A stretch of DNA of 64,000 nt from Bigelowiella natans CCMP2755 (lineage: Eukaryota > Protista > Cercozoa), in NCBI GenBank assembly GCA_000320545.1, contig ADNK01001131.1, positions 53,961 to 117,960 of the forward strand, in the 5' to 3' direction. Numbering within the stretch: the first letter of the stretch is position 1; every line of letters starts with the position of its first letter. Shown here piece after piece: positions 1 to 14,571 of the stretch. The translations under genes were made by a program, and so were the position numbers. The notes under the pieces were generated by a model. The model saw only the letters and a list, made by a program, of their open reading frames with translations. It searched no databases and was not told the DNA's origin.

Positions 1-706
1 GAGGTAGTGATATTCGTTGTACTCCTTCTTTCTCATTGTAATTATACTAATACTAATAATCATGATCATTTATTGTGCCCCTCCTTCTCTAGATGCAACG
101 TGTACGATTAGAGCTTGGAAATTATGTCGCTAGCACATTTATGCGTAATGCATCTCTGATCTCGGTACTAGTAAGTAGTAGTGAGTAGTGAGTTGTAGAA
201 GCAGTAGCATGATGGTAGTGATGATCATCATCATTATCATCGATAGTGAGTAGTTATATGTGATTATTATTACTATTATTATTATTATTATTCTTTATTA
301 TGATCCTATGCTTATTAGGGTCTTCGAGAAGACGCAAAGTTGGCTATTGCAAGTGATGTGGCGCAACTAGAGGTAAAAGAACTACTAGTAGTAGTAGTGG
401 TAGTAGGTGTGTGATCAGCCATTCATGACCATCATCTTCATCATCAGCAGCATAATTATCCTTCATGATTCTCCCCATTATTAAGTGAGCATGTATATCA
501 ATATATATGTATATCCGTTGGTAGGCCGTGTTGCACTTAATTGCACCCAAAGAGAGCTTTGCTTTCCCACCAAAGTAGAGGCCACTACCACTACAACTAT
601 CATAACGAAAATAAGAAACAAAAACTAGCTCATACATGCCAAAGCTTGCATGCTGAGTATGGCTCATATCGTCTAAGCCTCCTTTCCTTCATTCATCATC
701 ATCATT

Positions 707-738
<32 letters not shown>

Positions 739-1003
739 ATGATCACAAAGAAGTGATGGCAATTCATTCTCTGGCGCTACTACAAATCCATGACTAAAAT
801 AGGTATTATGCTGATTTGAGGCATTTCAAGAGAATTTTGTTCCTCGATGAGAAGGTCTGTTATGATGATGATAATGACGCTGATTATGATGGTGGAGGAG
901 GAGGAGAAGAAAAGGATGTGATAATATAATATTTTGACGGTGTCGTACGCTGCAAGTTTTAATCTAGAAAGCAAAGCAGTATGGCCTATCACGCATTTGA
1001 AAA

Positions 1004-1043
<40 letters not shown>

Positions 1044-1227
1044 CACACATTATGTTTTAACATCTGCAGCTTCTAATACTAAATATCTACCACCAGTAGT
1101 GATTGAACAACAAGGTACATTGCATGCTGCTCTTAGGCAATCGTGGAGAAAGCATTAGATACGTCTCTCGAGCCTGTCGTCACTACTCAGTTCTTGGTGA
1201 GATTTGTTGCTCATGTACAGATAATAT

Positions 1228-1282
<55 letters not shown>

Positions 1283-1690
1283 TACAATCACGAATGATTC
1301 GTATCTAATGACATCTTATAACGTCGTCGCCTCACAATATTCGGTAATGAGACGAATACGTGTTTCACGGACAACATCCCCCCCCCCCCCCCCTCCTTTC
1401 TTCCTCTCCTCCTCCTCCTTCTATTAACCGAGAATAATATGAGAGGGAGAGAGAGAGAGAGGAGAGAGATTTAATGGCTGATAAGATAGTGTTTGATTAT
1501 GGTACTGCTCAACGTCGGTATGATGTGTATTATTAGCTCTCAAGATTGTCAAATAGAGCTGTTCCCGTGACATGTGTGCCATATAAGGGACGATACGACT
1601 ATGTTATAACTAGTATTTGCTGCTGCTGCTGCTGCTGGTGGTGGTGGTGGTAGCTGGCTCAGGAGCAATAGAGAATTATTTGTTGCTTTT

Positions 1691-1733
<43 letters not shown>

Positions 1734-2260
1734 CCTCTGTTGTTGAACTTTTTGCTTAATCCTTGAATCCTCCTCCGGGCACAGCACACATGTATCTTGT
1801 GTTTCTTTTTGTTCTTTATTGAAAAAGGCCCTAGGTACTTCGATAGGGAAGTATAACCGATGGCTTCAAAGCCATGACTCCAAGATCATCCTGAAAAGAC
1901 TTGAAAAACTTGTGGATGAAGAGGTACTGCAAATCTAAAGCAATAGACGATTAATGCCGACTGCCATATTATCCTTCGTCACAGTTTAAACCGAAAGTAC
2001 TGATCTTCTTCTACATAAAGTCATCGTGTTCAACTACATCCTCTTCCTCCTCTCTTCTTTTCAATATATATCCTTAGATTCGCTCGAAAATCAGAGATGG
2101 CCGTGCTCTCTCGAGCGCCAGCATGAAGCAAGCTAATTCTAGTTTAGGTTTGGTGGTAGAATACATTGGGAAGTGTTTGCAGAGTAGTAGTACCACAGCA
2201 ACATCTTTTGGTTCTGCTCCTGCTTCATCAGAGGTTATTCTGCAGCAAAGTGTGAGCTAA
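1..2260 (+). CDS. COG5: Conserved oligomeric Golgi complex subunit 5 (3' part of a multi-exon gene; start lies upstream of the window)
   Basis: GT-AG spliced exons read FMRNASLIS|GLREDAKLAIASDVAQLE|AVLHLIAP..PK|YYADLRHFKRILFLDEK|AIVEKALDTSLEPVVTTQFL|..KYNRWLQSHDSK... This parallels the COG5 C-terminus (FIRHASLIRPL..KMRLAADFAQMELAV..YRMLRSFRPLLF..IIIQFL..FSQWLDDH). Stop TAA at 2258-2260. Confidence 0.8.
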
Positions 2261-2970
2261 CAGCGTGGGTGAAGGTCAAAAGGATACGATCATGTTGTAC
2301 CTAGGCCCGCATTAAGAGTCAATGAAAAAGGCATTGTTAAGCGTTCGACGCGAAGCTCTTGCTGTGACTCTGAAAATGTTAACTTACGCTGTGGAAGCAG
2401 TTTAACAGTGCCTGATCATGCTGTGTGCAGCTTTGCACAGCCCTTTTGCGTGAGCGAGTGGAGTTGGCTAGCAGGGGCGGCTGGCAACACATTTACTTCT
2501 GTCTTGGGGCCATGCTGTCTAGATGTACGACTAAGTGCGCATTTTAGCAAAAGCTAAGCTATTTTAAGTCAACGCTCGCTACAGCTTCACACATACTAGC
2601 TAGCTAGCATAATTACAATGACGATCGAAGTTTCCTGACTGATGTGTCACACATGCGTGCTTGAACCATGCATACGTTTAGAGGCCTTCGGTCTATAAAT
2701 GCAGCTAACAGCGCTTGTCACCGCCCAAGAGTATACATCACACGTTCTGCAAGCGTGAGCAAGCTAGCTAGCTAGCTAGGGCAGTAGCGCCACATAATTT
2801 GCGATTGATTTATGGTGTTCAAATGGTTTTCGGAACTTTACATGGTCAACATGTTCATCGCACGGAAGCCATCACGAGCCGCAGAGAATGGTGACATCAT
2901 GATGATATTAATGCTAACACTAACTGGATCAGGGGCTTCAAAATGCGTCATTAAGTTGAGACTGTCTGAT

Positions 2971-4651
2971 TCAGAGAAAGTTCTCTGAGCTCAGCGCGTC
3001 TCCTCCTTTTTGGCGATAGTGTTGGTGTTTCTTTAGACGCTCCTGGAGATCTTCCTTGCCGGAGTAGATTGTCTAACATCCACCAAATAAAACGGGTTAG
3101 AATTGATAATCACATTTCAGATTAAGAAGGGGTATTGATTATTGACCTTATTCATTTTTCTTATGAAACTGGCATCACTGGCATTTGAATGTTTTTTCTT
3201 TTCATCGCGTTCTTCTTGGATAGCCTTCTCCTTCGCCTTTCTTACTCTCTCCAGTTTGGAGTCCTCGTGTGCCTCTGCATCATCTTGCATCTCTCGGAGT
3301 TTTGCCAGTCTTTCTTCGCGGGTAAGCTTTCGCTTAGGACGACGTTGCGAATCCTCATCCCCACTACTGTGATCTTGAATCTCATCTCTATGAGCTCCTC
3401 CTCCTCCTCGTCGAGAGGCTCTATCCCGCTTATTATTACGCTCTCTGTTGTATCTATCACGTGATGCAGATCGATCTCTGCGACGATAGGATCTCTCACG
3501 ACGATATCCTCGTCGATCTTCTCTTTCCCTTTTCCTACCGTTTCTGCTGTTGCCACTGCGCCGACTGTCTTTATGCTCTCTCGATCTTGATCGCTCGCGT
3601 CGTCTATGATGCGTATTATCTCGACGACCTCGTCCCTGCTGTTCATCGCCACTGGAAATTCTTGTTGGGCTTGCTGATTGAGCTCTTACAGGGGGTGGGG
3701 ATGCATTCGGATTGAGGATTAGACCGTATTTGTTTCCCGAGGAAGCAGGTGGCAATGCTCTGGGAGGAGGATCATCCCCACCGTCGTAGTGCCCTTCAAG
3801 ATCTCTATCAGATCCCGATTCGGATTGACCCTCCCCATTTTTTTCTCGCTTTTCTTTCTTTGCTCTCTTCTTTTCCTTTTTACGATCCTTTTTCCTTTTT
3901 TTCTTCTCCTTTTTTGACTGCTTCTTGCGAAATTTTTTAAGCTTACGTAACTCCTTAGCTCTAGACTCTATTTTCTCCATCTGCACTGGATTGTTCAGCA
4001 CAGCGGCTCTTGCTGCCTGCTCGCGATGCATTATTGCTACGAGAGGATCTTCCCTCAATCGTGCGCGTTCTTCCATCTCCTCGTTCGCTTTCTTGTTCAG
4101 GAACACTGAGCCTATTCCGCCCTTCTTCTCCATCTTGAGTATGTCATCCTCTTCCCCTCCAAGGTTTCCTTCGTATTTCTTGCCAAGTAAATATTCTTCG
4201 CTGGTGGGTCCTTGGGCATGGACACCTTCATACATCCAATCAACTCGTTCGCCATGAGTCTTACTGAATCAGAGGGAGAAGAAGAGGGGGAAGGAGTTAG
4301 TGAAGGATACCAAAATACATCATTTTCATCTTTACGTACATGTTGAGTCCTGAAGCAGCCTGCAGTCTACGCAATTCTTCAATCTGCCTCTCCTCCTCCC
4401 TTTCCTTACGCAGTTGTTCCATCTTCTTCTGCTCAGCCTTCTGCTTCTGCTCAGCCTTCCACACCCGCTCAGCATTCTACGAGTATGAGAACTATTTTAG
4501 CGTGTTTGAATTCATGTTGTCCCAATGCATGTAATGTTATTGACTAGATGAAATTGAAAGTTTATCATTAGCTCAATATTCAAACAAATAGACATCATAC
4601 CCGTATCGTGGCCGTATGCCAACTCTTCTTATTCAAGAAAGCTAAAGACAT
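2971..4651 (-). CDS. CWC25: Pre-mRNA splicing factor CWC25 (4 exons)
   Basis: N-terminus MSLAFLNKKSWHTATIR|NAERVWKAEQ (CIR_N motif), then ..WMYEG..EEYLLGK..REDPLVAI, a Lys/Arg/Ser-rich middle, and last exon TIYSGKEDLQERLKKHQHYRQ..ENFL*. Confidence 0.9.
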
Positions 4652-5202
4652 TTTCTCTGTATCGTCTCGTCAATGGACGCGTCAAGTCAGTGAGGAGGTC
4701 GGTCTTCCGCTTTAAGATCGAGAGTGGCGAATTTACAAAAGATAAAGCTAAATAATCCGGATATATCAGCATTCTTACTGAATATTTTAGATAAATAGTG
4801 GCAAATAGAAAACAAAATACATGATATTTGATCGTTAATAAATCTCAAATATACCCGCACGTATGTTAGTAAGACCTATATCCAGCTTCTTGACCGGTAA
4901 AAAGAACGAAAGCCATGCGGTTCACTGATATTCGTTCCAAAGGCCGATTTATTATTTCCATCATTCAAAAAGTCGGCTCAAGGCGCCCCCCCTCGCACCT
5001 CTCTGCCACTTGATTTGACCTGTTAGTCCTCGATGTGTTGTTTCAGTGTCAGAATTAGAAATACCCTATCCACGTAAAGTCTAAGTGTTAATTCAATGAT
5101 CGAAATGAAGTCACACGTGTAAGAAAATCTGATAAACTGCTACTCTTCCTCAGTCAATCCGAGCTAATCGTACTCTTTCTATTGTTGATGATAGGAGGAA
5201 CT

Positions 5203-5630
5203 ATGTCATATCCTTACGCTTCTAAGGACGCTACTCCTTCGCATGCAGACTACATCGTAAAAGTGATGACAGAGAGCTTCTGCGGCACGCAGCTCGACAG
5301 GATTCAGCGTTGCGAGAGTGCAGCAACTCCAGACCCGCTGGAGTGTAAGCTGCCTCTCAACTCGCTCAAGAAGTGCGAATTTTTCCTGTGAGTGAAATCT
5401 TTACGTAGCACTAATCCAATGATATAACGTATATCTCTTGCTCTAAGTCCTAACTCTGATCCATCATTTTTCACAGTGCCAGGAACATCGCTAAGACTTG
5501 CAATCCTCAATTCATGGATTTGACGAAGTGTATGAAAACGAAAGATACTCAAGCTTGCCAAATGGAATATGACACAATGTATAAGTGTTTCATGAGGAAC
5601 ATTAGGTCAGGAGGATCGACTAAGTATTAA
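5203..5630 (+). CDS. Small quadruple CX9C mitochondrial intermembrane-space protein, most like complex I subunit NDUFA8 (CHCHD5/Mix14-type is the alternative); 2 coding exons
   Basis: Four exact CX9C motifs (CGTQLDRIQRC, CKLPLNSLKKC, CNPQFMDLTKC, CQMEYDTMYKC) across one GT-AG intron. The PDPLEC linker resembles the NDUFA8 DPxxC linker. Confidence 0.7.
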
Positions 5631-6037
5631 TGATTCTTCTCATTGTCTTGTCGTCCCTGATATTATGCTCAGATTAGCTAGATACGATGACCTATCCTTC
5701 AAGGGAGAGCAAACCCCATGAATTTTTGCATTATGTTGCATATATCCGATGCATCACCCATGTCGCAAATTGTACATGGTGCTTGATTTGATTCACCCTT
5801 AATATACTATTGCACATCATACAACTAGAAACAGCACGCATTGTATCTAGGTATATGCGTGATGATGATACATGTGAATATGTTTTTGTTTGTGCCTACT
5901 CTGCACACATACTAGACATAGCATGCACACGCGCAATTAATGCGTAGTTATGTACATACACGGCACAAGGACACGACTAAATGAATAGCATAGCAGGCTG
6001 GCGGCGCCCATGTGTGAGTAGCTAGCTAGCTCTTGAT

Positions 6038-6127
6038 GAGATTCGAGGGATGAAATGTATAAATTATATATCTTTTGCCAATATGCTATGGTCATCATCC
6101 TAATGTAGCTATGCATACAAAGCTGCG
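6038..6127 (-). repeat. Dispersed intergenic repeat family, copy A (degenerate, reverse orientation)
   Basis: Contains tcatcctaatgtagctatg, the reverse complement of the family core CATAGCTACATTAGGATGA. Confidence 0.6.
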
Positions 6128-6771
6128 CCACCTCTAGACCTGTATAGCTAGCTAGCAGGTCTAGAGATAGCTACATAGCTAGATAGCTAGATAGGATGCA
6201 TGCAGCAAGCATGCATCAGCAGAACACAACAAGCATGCTAGCATGGCTAGCTATTGCCAGAGCTAGGCTAGACCATTTGTGCTAGCTAGCTCTAGAGCTA
6301 GTGTGGATCGAAAGAAACGATCATGTGCTCACAAAAAGGCACACATACTAGCATCCCTAGATGCAGGGATTGGCGCAGATGTGTTACACACACACATGCA
6401 CAATTCTAGAATCATGAAGACTGAACCCTCAATCTAGCTGTGGCATCGTAGGTGATGACGTGTACATGCACCATGTGTGGAATATTGTTTTAGCGTACGT
6501 ACATGTATGTACAGCGCTCATCTACTAGTCCTGATAGCGAAGTAGTGTAGAATGTCAGCTGCAACAATTGGTTGTTAATCCGGCAGCGTACGGCCAGCTA
6601 TGACTTGTGCGCACATATATCGCATAGCGTTGCATGCACTCTCTTTTCATTCATTTTGGCTCGCCCGTGCGGTAAGAATGCTTGCGCAGATAGCAGAGCG
6701 TTAGAGCGCATAAACCCCATGCATATGCAATAATAGGCTTGCGTCGTAGTCATCTAGTCATACCCGCCATA

Positions 6772-6848
6772 CGCTGTAGCTGCTGCTTTGTATAGCTACA
6801 TTAGGATGACAATTGAAAAGATTTAATCACTTCATTACATCCGTCTCA
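6772..6848 (+). repeat. Dispersed intergenic repeat family, copy B
   Basis: cgctgtagctgctgc..atagctacattaggatgacaattgaaaag..ttcattacatccgtctca, which matches the copies at 23.1, 30.2 and 56.2 kb. Confidence 0.8.
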
Positions 6849-6989
6849 TACCCTCCATACGACCACTTCTTGGAGCTAATTTCCCCCCCTACGATATTAT
6901 GTCACAATCGCAGCATCATTATGCAAATAATAGGTACGTGAGTCGAACGTGTTTGATCGTATACCATACGATCTGAAAGGCATTACGTG

Positions 6990-9245
6990 TTAGTTTTCGG
7001 TGCCAGTGCTGTTTTTTTTAACAGCAGCGAAGGCTTGATCCTCTCGTCGACGTGTGTATGCAGCAATCAATATATCGTAGGTTTGAGAATCTGATGACAT
7101 TTAGCAGGAAATAAATGTCAGTTGAAGTTTCATTCAGCATAAACTATGGGTTCAAGCAGCATCAACACGGTAATAAAGAAGGATATAAGGTTGCATCTTA
7201 TGTTTCATCTTGGTGTACAATAATGGGGAAACACTTCCAAAAGTACAGTCAAGAATCTTCTCTAGTATAACTTGAATCGAAAGATATTAGAGAATTATTT
7301 ACAGTTTATTTTTCAATTTTGTATTCATACTTATGCTCATTTTTATCATCACTATGAATATATTTACCTGGTTGTGTGCCTCCTTGAAGCATAGCGTCGA
7401 AGAGCTCAAGCGCCCGGTTCCATTCGCCTTTACTGGAGTGCACTTGCATAACGCTGTTATAAGCATTGAGCTCCACAGAGACATTTTCTCGCTTCATACG
7501 ACTGAAGAGTTCAAGGCACTTGTCCCATAAGAACCTCTCCCTTGACAGGACTTCCAACACTAAACTGTATAAGTGCGGTGGCGGCGATCTAGGGAGTATC
7601 TCGTGCAAAACCTTGAGTGTGTCCTCCCAGCGCCCTAGCTGGCTTTGTGCATTTACGAGAAGCTCACCAACATTACCATCTGCTGCATGTAGAACTTCTC
7701 CCGTAGGAAACGTATTGAACACATCGATTGCTGCCTCATACCTGTATGTTTACACCCAACCCACACACAAAAGCACATGAAAAAGCAAGCAAATACAATA
7801 TTATGTATATATGATGAACACTATAATAAGGCGTACTACTCCCCAATGACGAAACATGCAAACTCTCTGATTCCGTTTTCATGAATAATGATAAAGATTT
7901 TGAAGTTTTCCCCACATCACCATCACCATCATCATCATCATCATAATCATTACTGGGCTGCCTGTTCACATGCCCTCATTACAGCAATGCAGGTCTTCGT
8001 GTCTCGAGGCACATTCTTCCTTTGCATCTCCTTCATTAGCTCAATGGCGATCTGCCAACGAGTTGGAGAGCTACGAGAAATAGCAGTGATTAATGTATTG
8101 TAAAGCTGTGTATCAGGGTCCAGAGAGTCACGTTGCATTCCTTCAAATGTATCCAAAGCGACCTGCCACCTCCCAGCCCTTCCTGCACAATTAATGAACG
8201 CAGCGTATGTCATTGCATCTTTCCGTACGCTCATGCTGCGAAAGAGCCGACGACACATTCCAAGATCGGCGCTGAACGATTACAAAAGATTGTAAGAGTT
8301 AGTACGTATTGATTGTGGTGATGACGATGATGATGATGGTAATGGATGATGATAATCTTCGACTACAGCAAGTTTTCGTACCAATTTATAACATGATACG
8401 TTCGGCCAATGATGCCACAAATAATCGCGGCATATTCATTCATCATTCCGACTATTAGATAGATGTCAAACTCTGTTGTTACTACTACTGATCCTCCTAC
8501 TACTACTGCTACTGATACTACTACTACTGCTACTACTACCCGTGTTCGAAGGCAGACAGCAGCGCATTGTACGTGACGACGTTAGGTGGTACTTCGTCAT
8601 CCTGCATTTGACGATAGGCACGTAAAGCTCTTGTCCAGTGTTCTTGCGCACATGCCGAGATGAGTGTGTTGTATGCAGTCACATCAGGCCTAATCGCTGA
8701 CATTTGCATCTCGAGGAACACTGCCGTCGCCGCGTTTGCAGCACCTTGAGGGATTATTGAGCAGACCGATATGAGGGTCTTATACGACACATCATTGGCT
8801 CGGACAGATGACTGAAGCATGTGAGAGAATGTTCGTAAAGCCGCTCTCCAATCTCCTCTTTCCTTATGGAACTTGATGTGCTTCGTGAAGCTGACAACAT
8901 CCATTCTGATACCGGAGTTTATCATGGTGTTGAAGGTCTGTATACCCTCATCGAATCGCTCGGCTTCCTCACACGCAGTGATAAGAAAATCGTAAGTGTA
9001 TTTGTTTGATCGGATCATCGCATTATTCATTTCCTGTACAACACCAAATGCCTTCTCCCTCTGTCCCCTCTGAGCGAACGCGTTAATTCTTAAATTATAC
9101 GAAATCACATCGGCTCGGATGCGATCTCTCTGCATTTCCTTGAACAGCCATTCAGCACTAATGAATCATAATTATTACAACAGAGAACGTAAGCTTAGAA
9201 GAGAGGAAGAAGATAGTGTTGATGGCAGACATACATACACACATG

Positions 9246-9311
<66 letters not shown>

Positions 9312-11102
9312 TGGTGCGCATACCCTTCTGAGTTCTTGTCAGCGGCCTGCATCGCAATAACCGTGTTGTATGTGAAGATATTGAGCCTGACAGCCTTGTT
9401 CTTCATCTGTTCGAAGAGATCCATGGCGTCACCCCATTGATGACTCTTCGCATATACACCAATGAGTGCATTGTAGGTGCTCGTGTCTCTTCTCATGCCC
9501 AAAGAATCCATTCTATCACAGACCACTTTTGCCTGCTCCACATTATTTCCGCATGCACTCAAAAGAGAGGAATATGTAATAGAATCGATGCGCAGAGCTA
9601 GTTCAACCATTGTCCCGAGAACTTCCACAGCACGCTGCCATTGCTTCCCACGAGATGCCGCGTTGATCAGGGCGGTGTAAACCACTGCATTGAGACGATT
9701 GGCAGCGATACTACCATCCTCTCTAGTGTTAAATGTGCTGCCCCTAATACGACGATCTTCACTGCTGTCATCGCCTTTGTTGCCAATACTAGCACTCATC
9801 TTCCTTTTGACTTGTTCTCCGACTTCCAAAGCCATTTCCCATTTTGCGCCTCTTGTGTAGCCGTTGATGAGAGTACTGTACGTCGCCGAGTCAGCTTTAA
9901 GTCTCGAATTCAACATTTCTCTATATAAGTCTTGCGCTTGGACCCATTGACCAGAGCGTGCACACGCATTGATAACAGAATTGTAGATGATCGTGTCGGG
10001 CCTCACATGAGAATTCAGCATCCCACCTGATGATATGGGGAATGTGTGTTTTAAGAAGCAACCAAGGGATAAGGATGACGGAACAACTATGAAAGATGTC
10101 GCAATTAATATGTCGTTCTAGTTGTGAACTCAAATGTATTAGTAGTCGGAAAGGAGAAAATACAATAACCCAGTAGATCCACCGCTCTTTGCCACAATAC
10201 AGTGCGTGCATAGGCTGTGAGCAGGTTGTTGTAGCTGATAACGTCAGGATCTGGTGCTCCATCGACTCCTGTCAGTCTTTCAAATGCTTCTAGAGCGTCA
10301 CGCCATCGTTTACTCCTGATGATACAGAAGGAAAAGTATTATCATTAAATGATAGGCTTATACCCTTGATATATCACAATCACGATCACGTTTCATGCAT
10401 GATGACGTGTCTCAGTGTGAGTGTGTGTTTGTATGTGTGTGCTATTTACCTTGCCAACGAGCCTATTAACTTGTTTGTTTCCACTAATACTCTCCGCCTC
10501 CGCGATGAGTGGTTATCTCCAAATCCCCCTTGGCCTCGGACCCGAGTAGCAGATGATGTTCGTGGAGAAGTAGTCTGCCGTCTTGCTACTCTTCGGCGTG
10601 GTGGGTTACTATATCCACTACGGTACATTTCATTTTTATCATTCTGAGTAATCTTCGCATCTGGATCTCCAGGTATTATCTCACTTCGTATTCTGTCGTT
10701 ATTGCCAAAATTACTATCATCTGGCAAAGCGCTGTCTTCTCCCCCTATTCTATCTCCTCCTCCTCCTCCTCCGTGCTCCTCCCCATCCACGTTCTCGTTA
10801 ACATCTTTCTCAGCATTATCTCGCTTTGCAGTTGAGTAGAGGAGAAGGTTCCGATTGCTTTGTGTACTTATTTGTTGGCTGAATTTGGATCGAATAGGCA
10901 AATTCCCTGAGGGAAGGAGATGCCAGGTTCTGAGCTTCGCTTTGAGCCATGAAGATGGGGATGGGGATTGAAGAGCACACACATGACCGCTGCAGGTGCT
11001 GTGGCCCGGGTGGCTTGCCAGGCGAATAAACGTGAATGTCAATACCAAAGTTATCAACATTCCCTCGAGCGCCCTCCAATCCCTCCTCTTGCTGATCAAC
11101 AT
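6990..11102 (-). CDS. P-class pentatricopeptide repeat protein with signal-peptide plus transit-like presequence (probably plastid-targeted); multi-exon
   Basis: Many 35-aa PPR motifs (PDVISYNNLLTAY, PDTIIYNSVINACARSGQW, DSATYSTLINGY, PDVTAYNTLISACA, PDTQLYNTLITAI). Hydrophobic N-terminus LITLVLTFTFIRLAS followed by an S/R-rich segment. Last exon DSQTYDILIAAY..TEN*. Confidence 0.9.
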
Positions 11103-11726
11103 CTGGGCAGCGTTTGAGGGGGGGGGGGGTGCGGGGCGGAGGGGGGAGTCACGTTTTCATGGTTGTGTTGGAGTTTTGATACCTGCAGATACCCTTCCTT
11201 CCATCAAGATACTGTTTACTATCTTTAGTGAGAATACGATAAAATATCCTAATTATTTTGAAAAATGAAGAAATTATCTAAAACATATATAACAACAATA
11301 AATGCCAGTCGCCACTAGATTAACGAACATAGGATGTTTACGTTATAAAACAATGACAAAAACATCTTGAACAAGAATATTGGAAGTTTACTGCATGAAA
11401 CAATGACTACAACAACACAGCCACACCTTCTGTTTTGACGCCCAATTATGTAAGACTCAAATTTGGGGGAATGTTGTATGAAAGGTCTAATCCTACCTAG
11501 TATTTCATATAACACAATAAATATTTATCTATAATGTCCATAAATGGGACCCATTTTCGATTTTCGCTTTGTTCTATAAAACCAATTTGGCCCCTGTCGA
11601 TGCTCGCTTAGAGTTCCTACAGCTCATCATAACACGATAATGATCGAAGGCCCTTTAGAGGAGGGGCAGGAGATGCTGCGTGAAGATAAGAAGATATACT
11701 AGATTCATTCGAAGTGCTGTACTTCA

Positions 11727-13579
11727 ATGAACCCTGGACGCCGTTTTGCTTCTCCTGGAGGGGCAACAAAAGACATCTTCAAGGACCAGAAAGTTACCGA
11801 ACGTCCGCTTCCTTCCTCCTCGTCTTCTCGATCACATGATACCAACACTTTTACGAGAAAGTCAAGCTCCAAACGGACAGGGATGTTGTCTGAGGCTTTG
11901 ACAACTACAACTACAACTACTACTGCTACTACTACAACTATTGCTACTGCTCTAACTACTGGGAATAGTGACAACACAACTACTACTCCAACTGCCACTC
12001 CCGATGATGATGACTCAAGTCGCAACTATCATTCACCTTGTTTGAAAGTCTCATACCTGAGGAGTTCAGATATCCATATACCCATTCAAGTAAGAGTTCT
12101 CAGAGTTGGAGGTTTAACAAACCTTAGAAAAATTGGACTCGATAATGTGGATGGCGGTTTATGTCTCAGCGTCGAGGTAAGCAGGAATGAAATTGCAGAC
12201 AACTTGGTGTAGTACTTTTTAGAAAACCGTGAAGAAGATTCTACTTTCAATCGAATCTGTGAATTTGACATCATCAATTCATCGAGTCTTTATTATACCG
12301 TTAATATCGTTATTATTGATATTCTTGTTACAATTATCCCAAGGCGTCTCTGGTGACACAAGGTGAATCCATCGCTCTCACGAACAGGTAGTATTAATGT
12401 GATCTCTATCTAACCCATCTACTAATAGTATGGCGAATTGAAAATAATTCACTTCTTAAGCCTATTATCATGTAAATAGTACGCCTATTCGGAGCACAAA
12501 GTTTGATACTGTAAGCTACGGAAACTGGTTGTCGTTTGAAACAAAAGTGTCTTCCCTTGCCCCTTCCTCAAAGGTGATATTTAGATCGGATAGGTCAATT
12601 GTGCATCGACACTATGAAATGATCGACCTCCTTATGCTAACACGTTATTGTATTAACCATGTTTACAACCACCATACTATTTTCATCAGGTTGTATTTGT
12701 GCTTCGTGATCGGATGAGACAAAACGGCGAATTAGGTTATTGATTATTCTACTTTTTTATCTTTCTGAGAAATAATAACCATAATATTATTGATGACAAT
12801 CATAGAAATCAGGATGATGATATTGATTATGGTGATATTTCTTTTCCTCAATGAATATCCGTATCCATTATGTGCACACTGTTTTTTTAGGCCGCGCAAC
12901 TCTAGACTTTTTTGATGAGAAGGTATCAAAAGCCTGTTACATTTTTAATCCTTTTTTTAATTGTTGTTATGATTATATTTAACTTAATCTTTGATTGTGA
13001 ACTTGACTTAGGGCATTCTTCTACAAGGCTCTTGTGTGCGCTTTTTCAAGAGGGGAGAGACTGATGGGGATGAAACCAATACCAGTGGTGGTTTTGATAT
13101 AAATAACGCTGAAATTCCCCCTCTCGTTCAGCTAGAACAAAACGTGCGAAGGTATTAATGAAACCAATATTACAAAGATATTATTATTATTTCATTCCTA
13201 ATATCCGCTAGCTCCTTGACTGTCTGTTGATATACTACATCCATACTAACCCTGCTATACAGAGGTATAAGTTACTGTTGCATACGGATGGTGATAATGA
13301 TGCTGAAATAAGCTAGGAATGATATGTTGTAGAGAGGGAGAATGGTAACAAGTATTATATATCTACTCATGGATCACCCGTAAACAGATACCGCCATGGG
13401 TTGGCACCTATTGGACGGCAAGCAACCTTCTTCGTTGCAGCATCGTCAGAAAGCGGGAGCAATAGCGACAACATCAGTAGCTCTAATAATAAAATCTCGA
13501 CCGTTCCATGGTTGACCCGAATGACGAGGAACAGAGCCCAGTATTGTAACACAACACAAACACAAACACACACACACAA

Positions 13580-13624
<45 letters not shown>

Positions 13625-14538
13625 AAGAGTTGATTATGTCACCTATTGATTGAAATCTTGAAATACCAATGGATTCAGAAATCTATATGATACTGAGGCA
13701 AAACTCCGCGAATCACCGAGACCCTATCCTTCGCAAACCGTGTTGTATTTACACGTTGAGCTTCCCTCTTATAGGTACTGCTTTAGTATCATGATGATGA
13801 TGCCATATGGTGATGATGATTTGCTAAGTGTTGAAGGAGGCGAGAGCCATTGTGTTGGTAGCAAAATAACCCCCTTCCTTATATTTGTATGTAAGATAAA
13901 GACGTTTGTGATAAAGACGACGCTACTTTAATGGCGTTTATTATTATGTTAATTAACTCTCCGATCATGGAGTAGTGACAATACGACACCGCTGAAATCC
14001 TAGCTAATTTTTATGATATTTAGGAACACGTTTTTATCTAAAATATAGTAGTAGTATACTAGCGTGTAATAATACTAGCATTGGAGTAGGATTTGAAACA
14101 TTTATACATTTATGGCTCGTGTTTCTAATTACATCTAGTCTTCCCGTATTATTCCACGAGAAAGAGCAGATAGTCATGTCAGAAGGAGGAGTAAGTGGGG
14201 GAGGAGGAGGAGGAGCAGGAGGAGCGATAAGCACTAATAGTGCCAGAATGGGTAGCATCCTCCCACTCCGACCAGCAGCTGAGGAGAAAAAACAACGTAG
14301 TAGTAGGAGGAGGAAGAGCATGGAAGCTGGACGTGAGTTGCTACAACCAGCTCTGGAACGCATGGTTGTTGGAAGAGGGGGTAATGCCAATGAAGGAGGA
14401 GGAGGAGGAGGAGGAGGAGGAGAAGGAAGGAAGAATGATCGTAGTAGTAGTGGTGGTGGAGATAACAAGAATTCTCGGTCATCAGAACCACACGGCAGCA
14501 GAATGAGAAAGGTAACTGCCGTGAACAGTATCATACTG

Positions 14539-14571
<33 letters not shown>

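Noticed and set aside
5194-5202. GGAGG Shine-Dalgarno-like sequence before the CX9C gene
   Set aside because: The gene is eukaryotic and spliced. The sequence follows a tag that is better read as a 5'-UTR intron acceptor.
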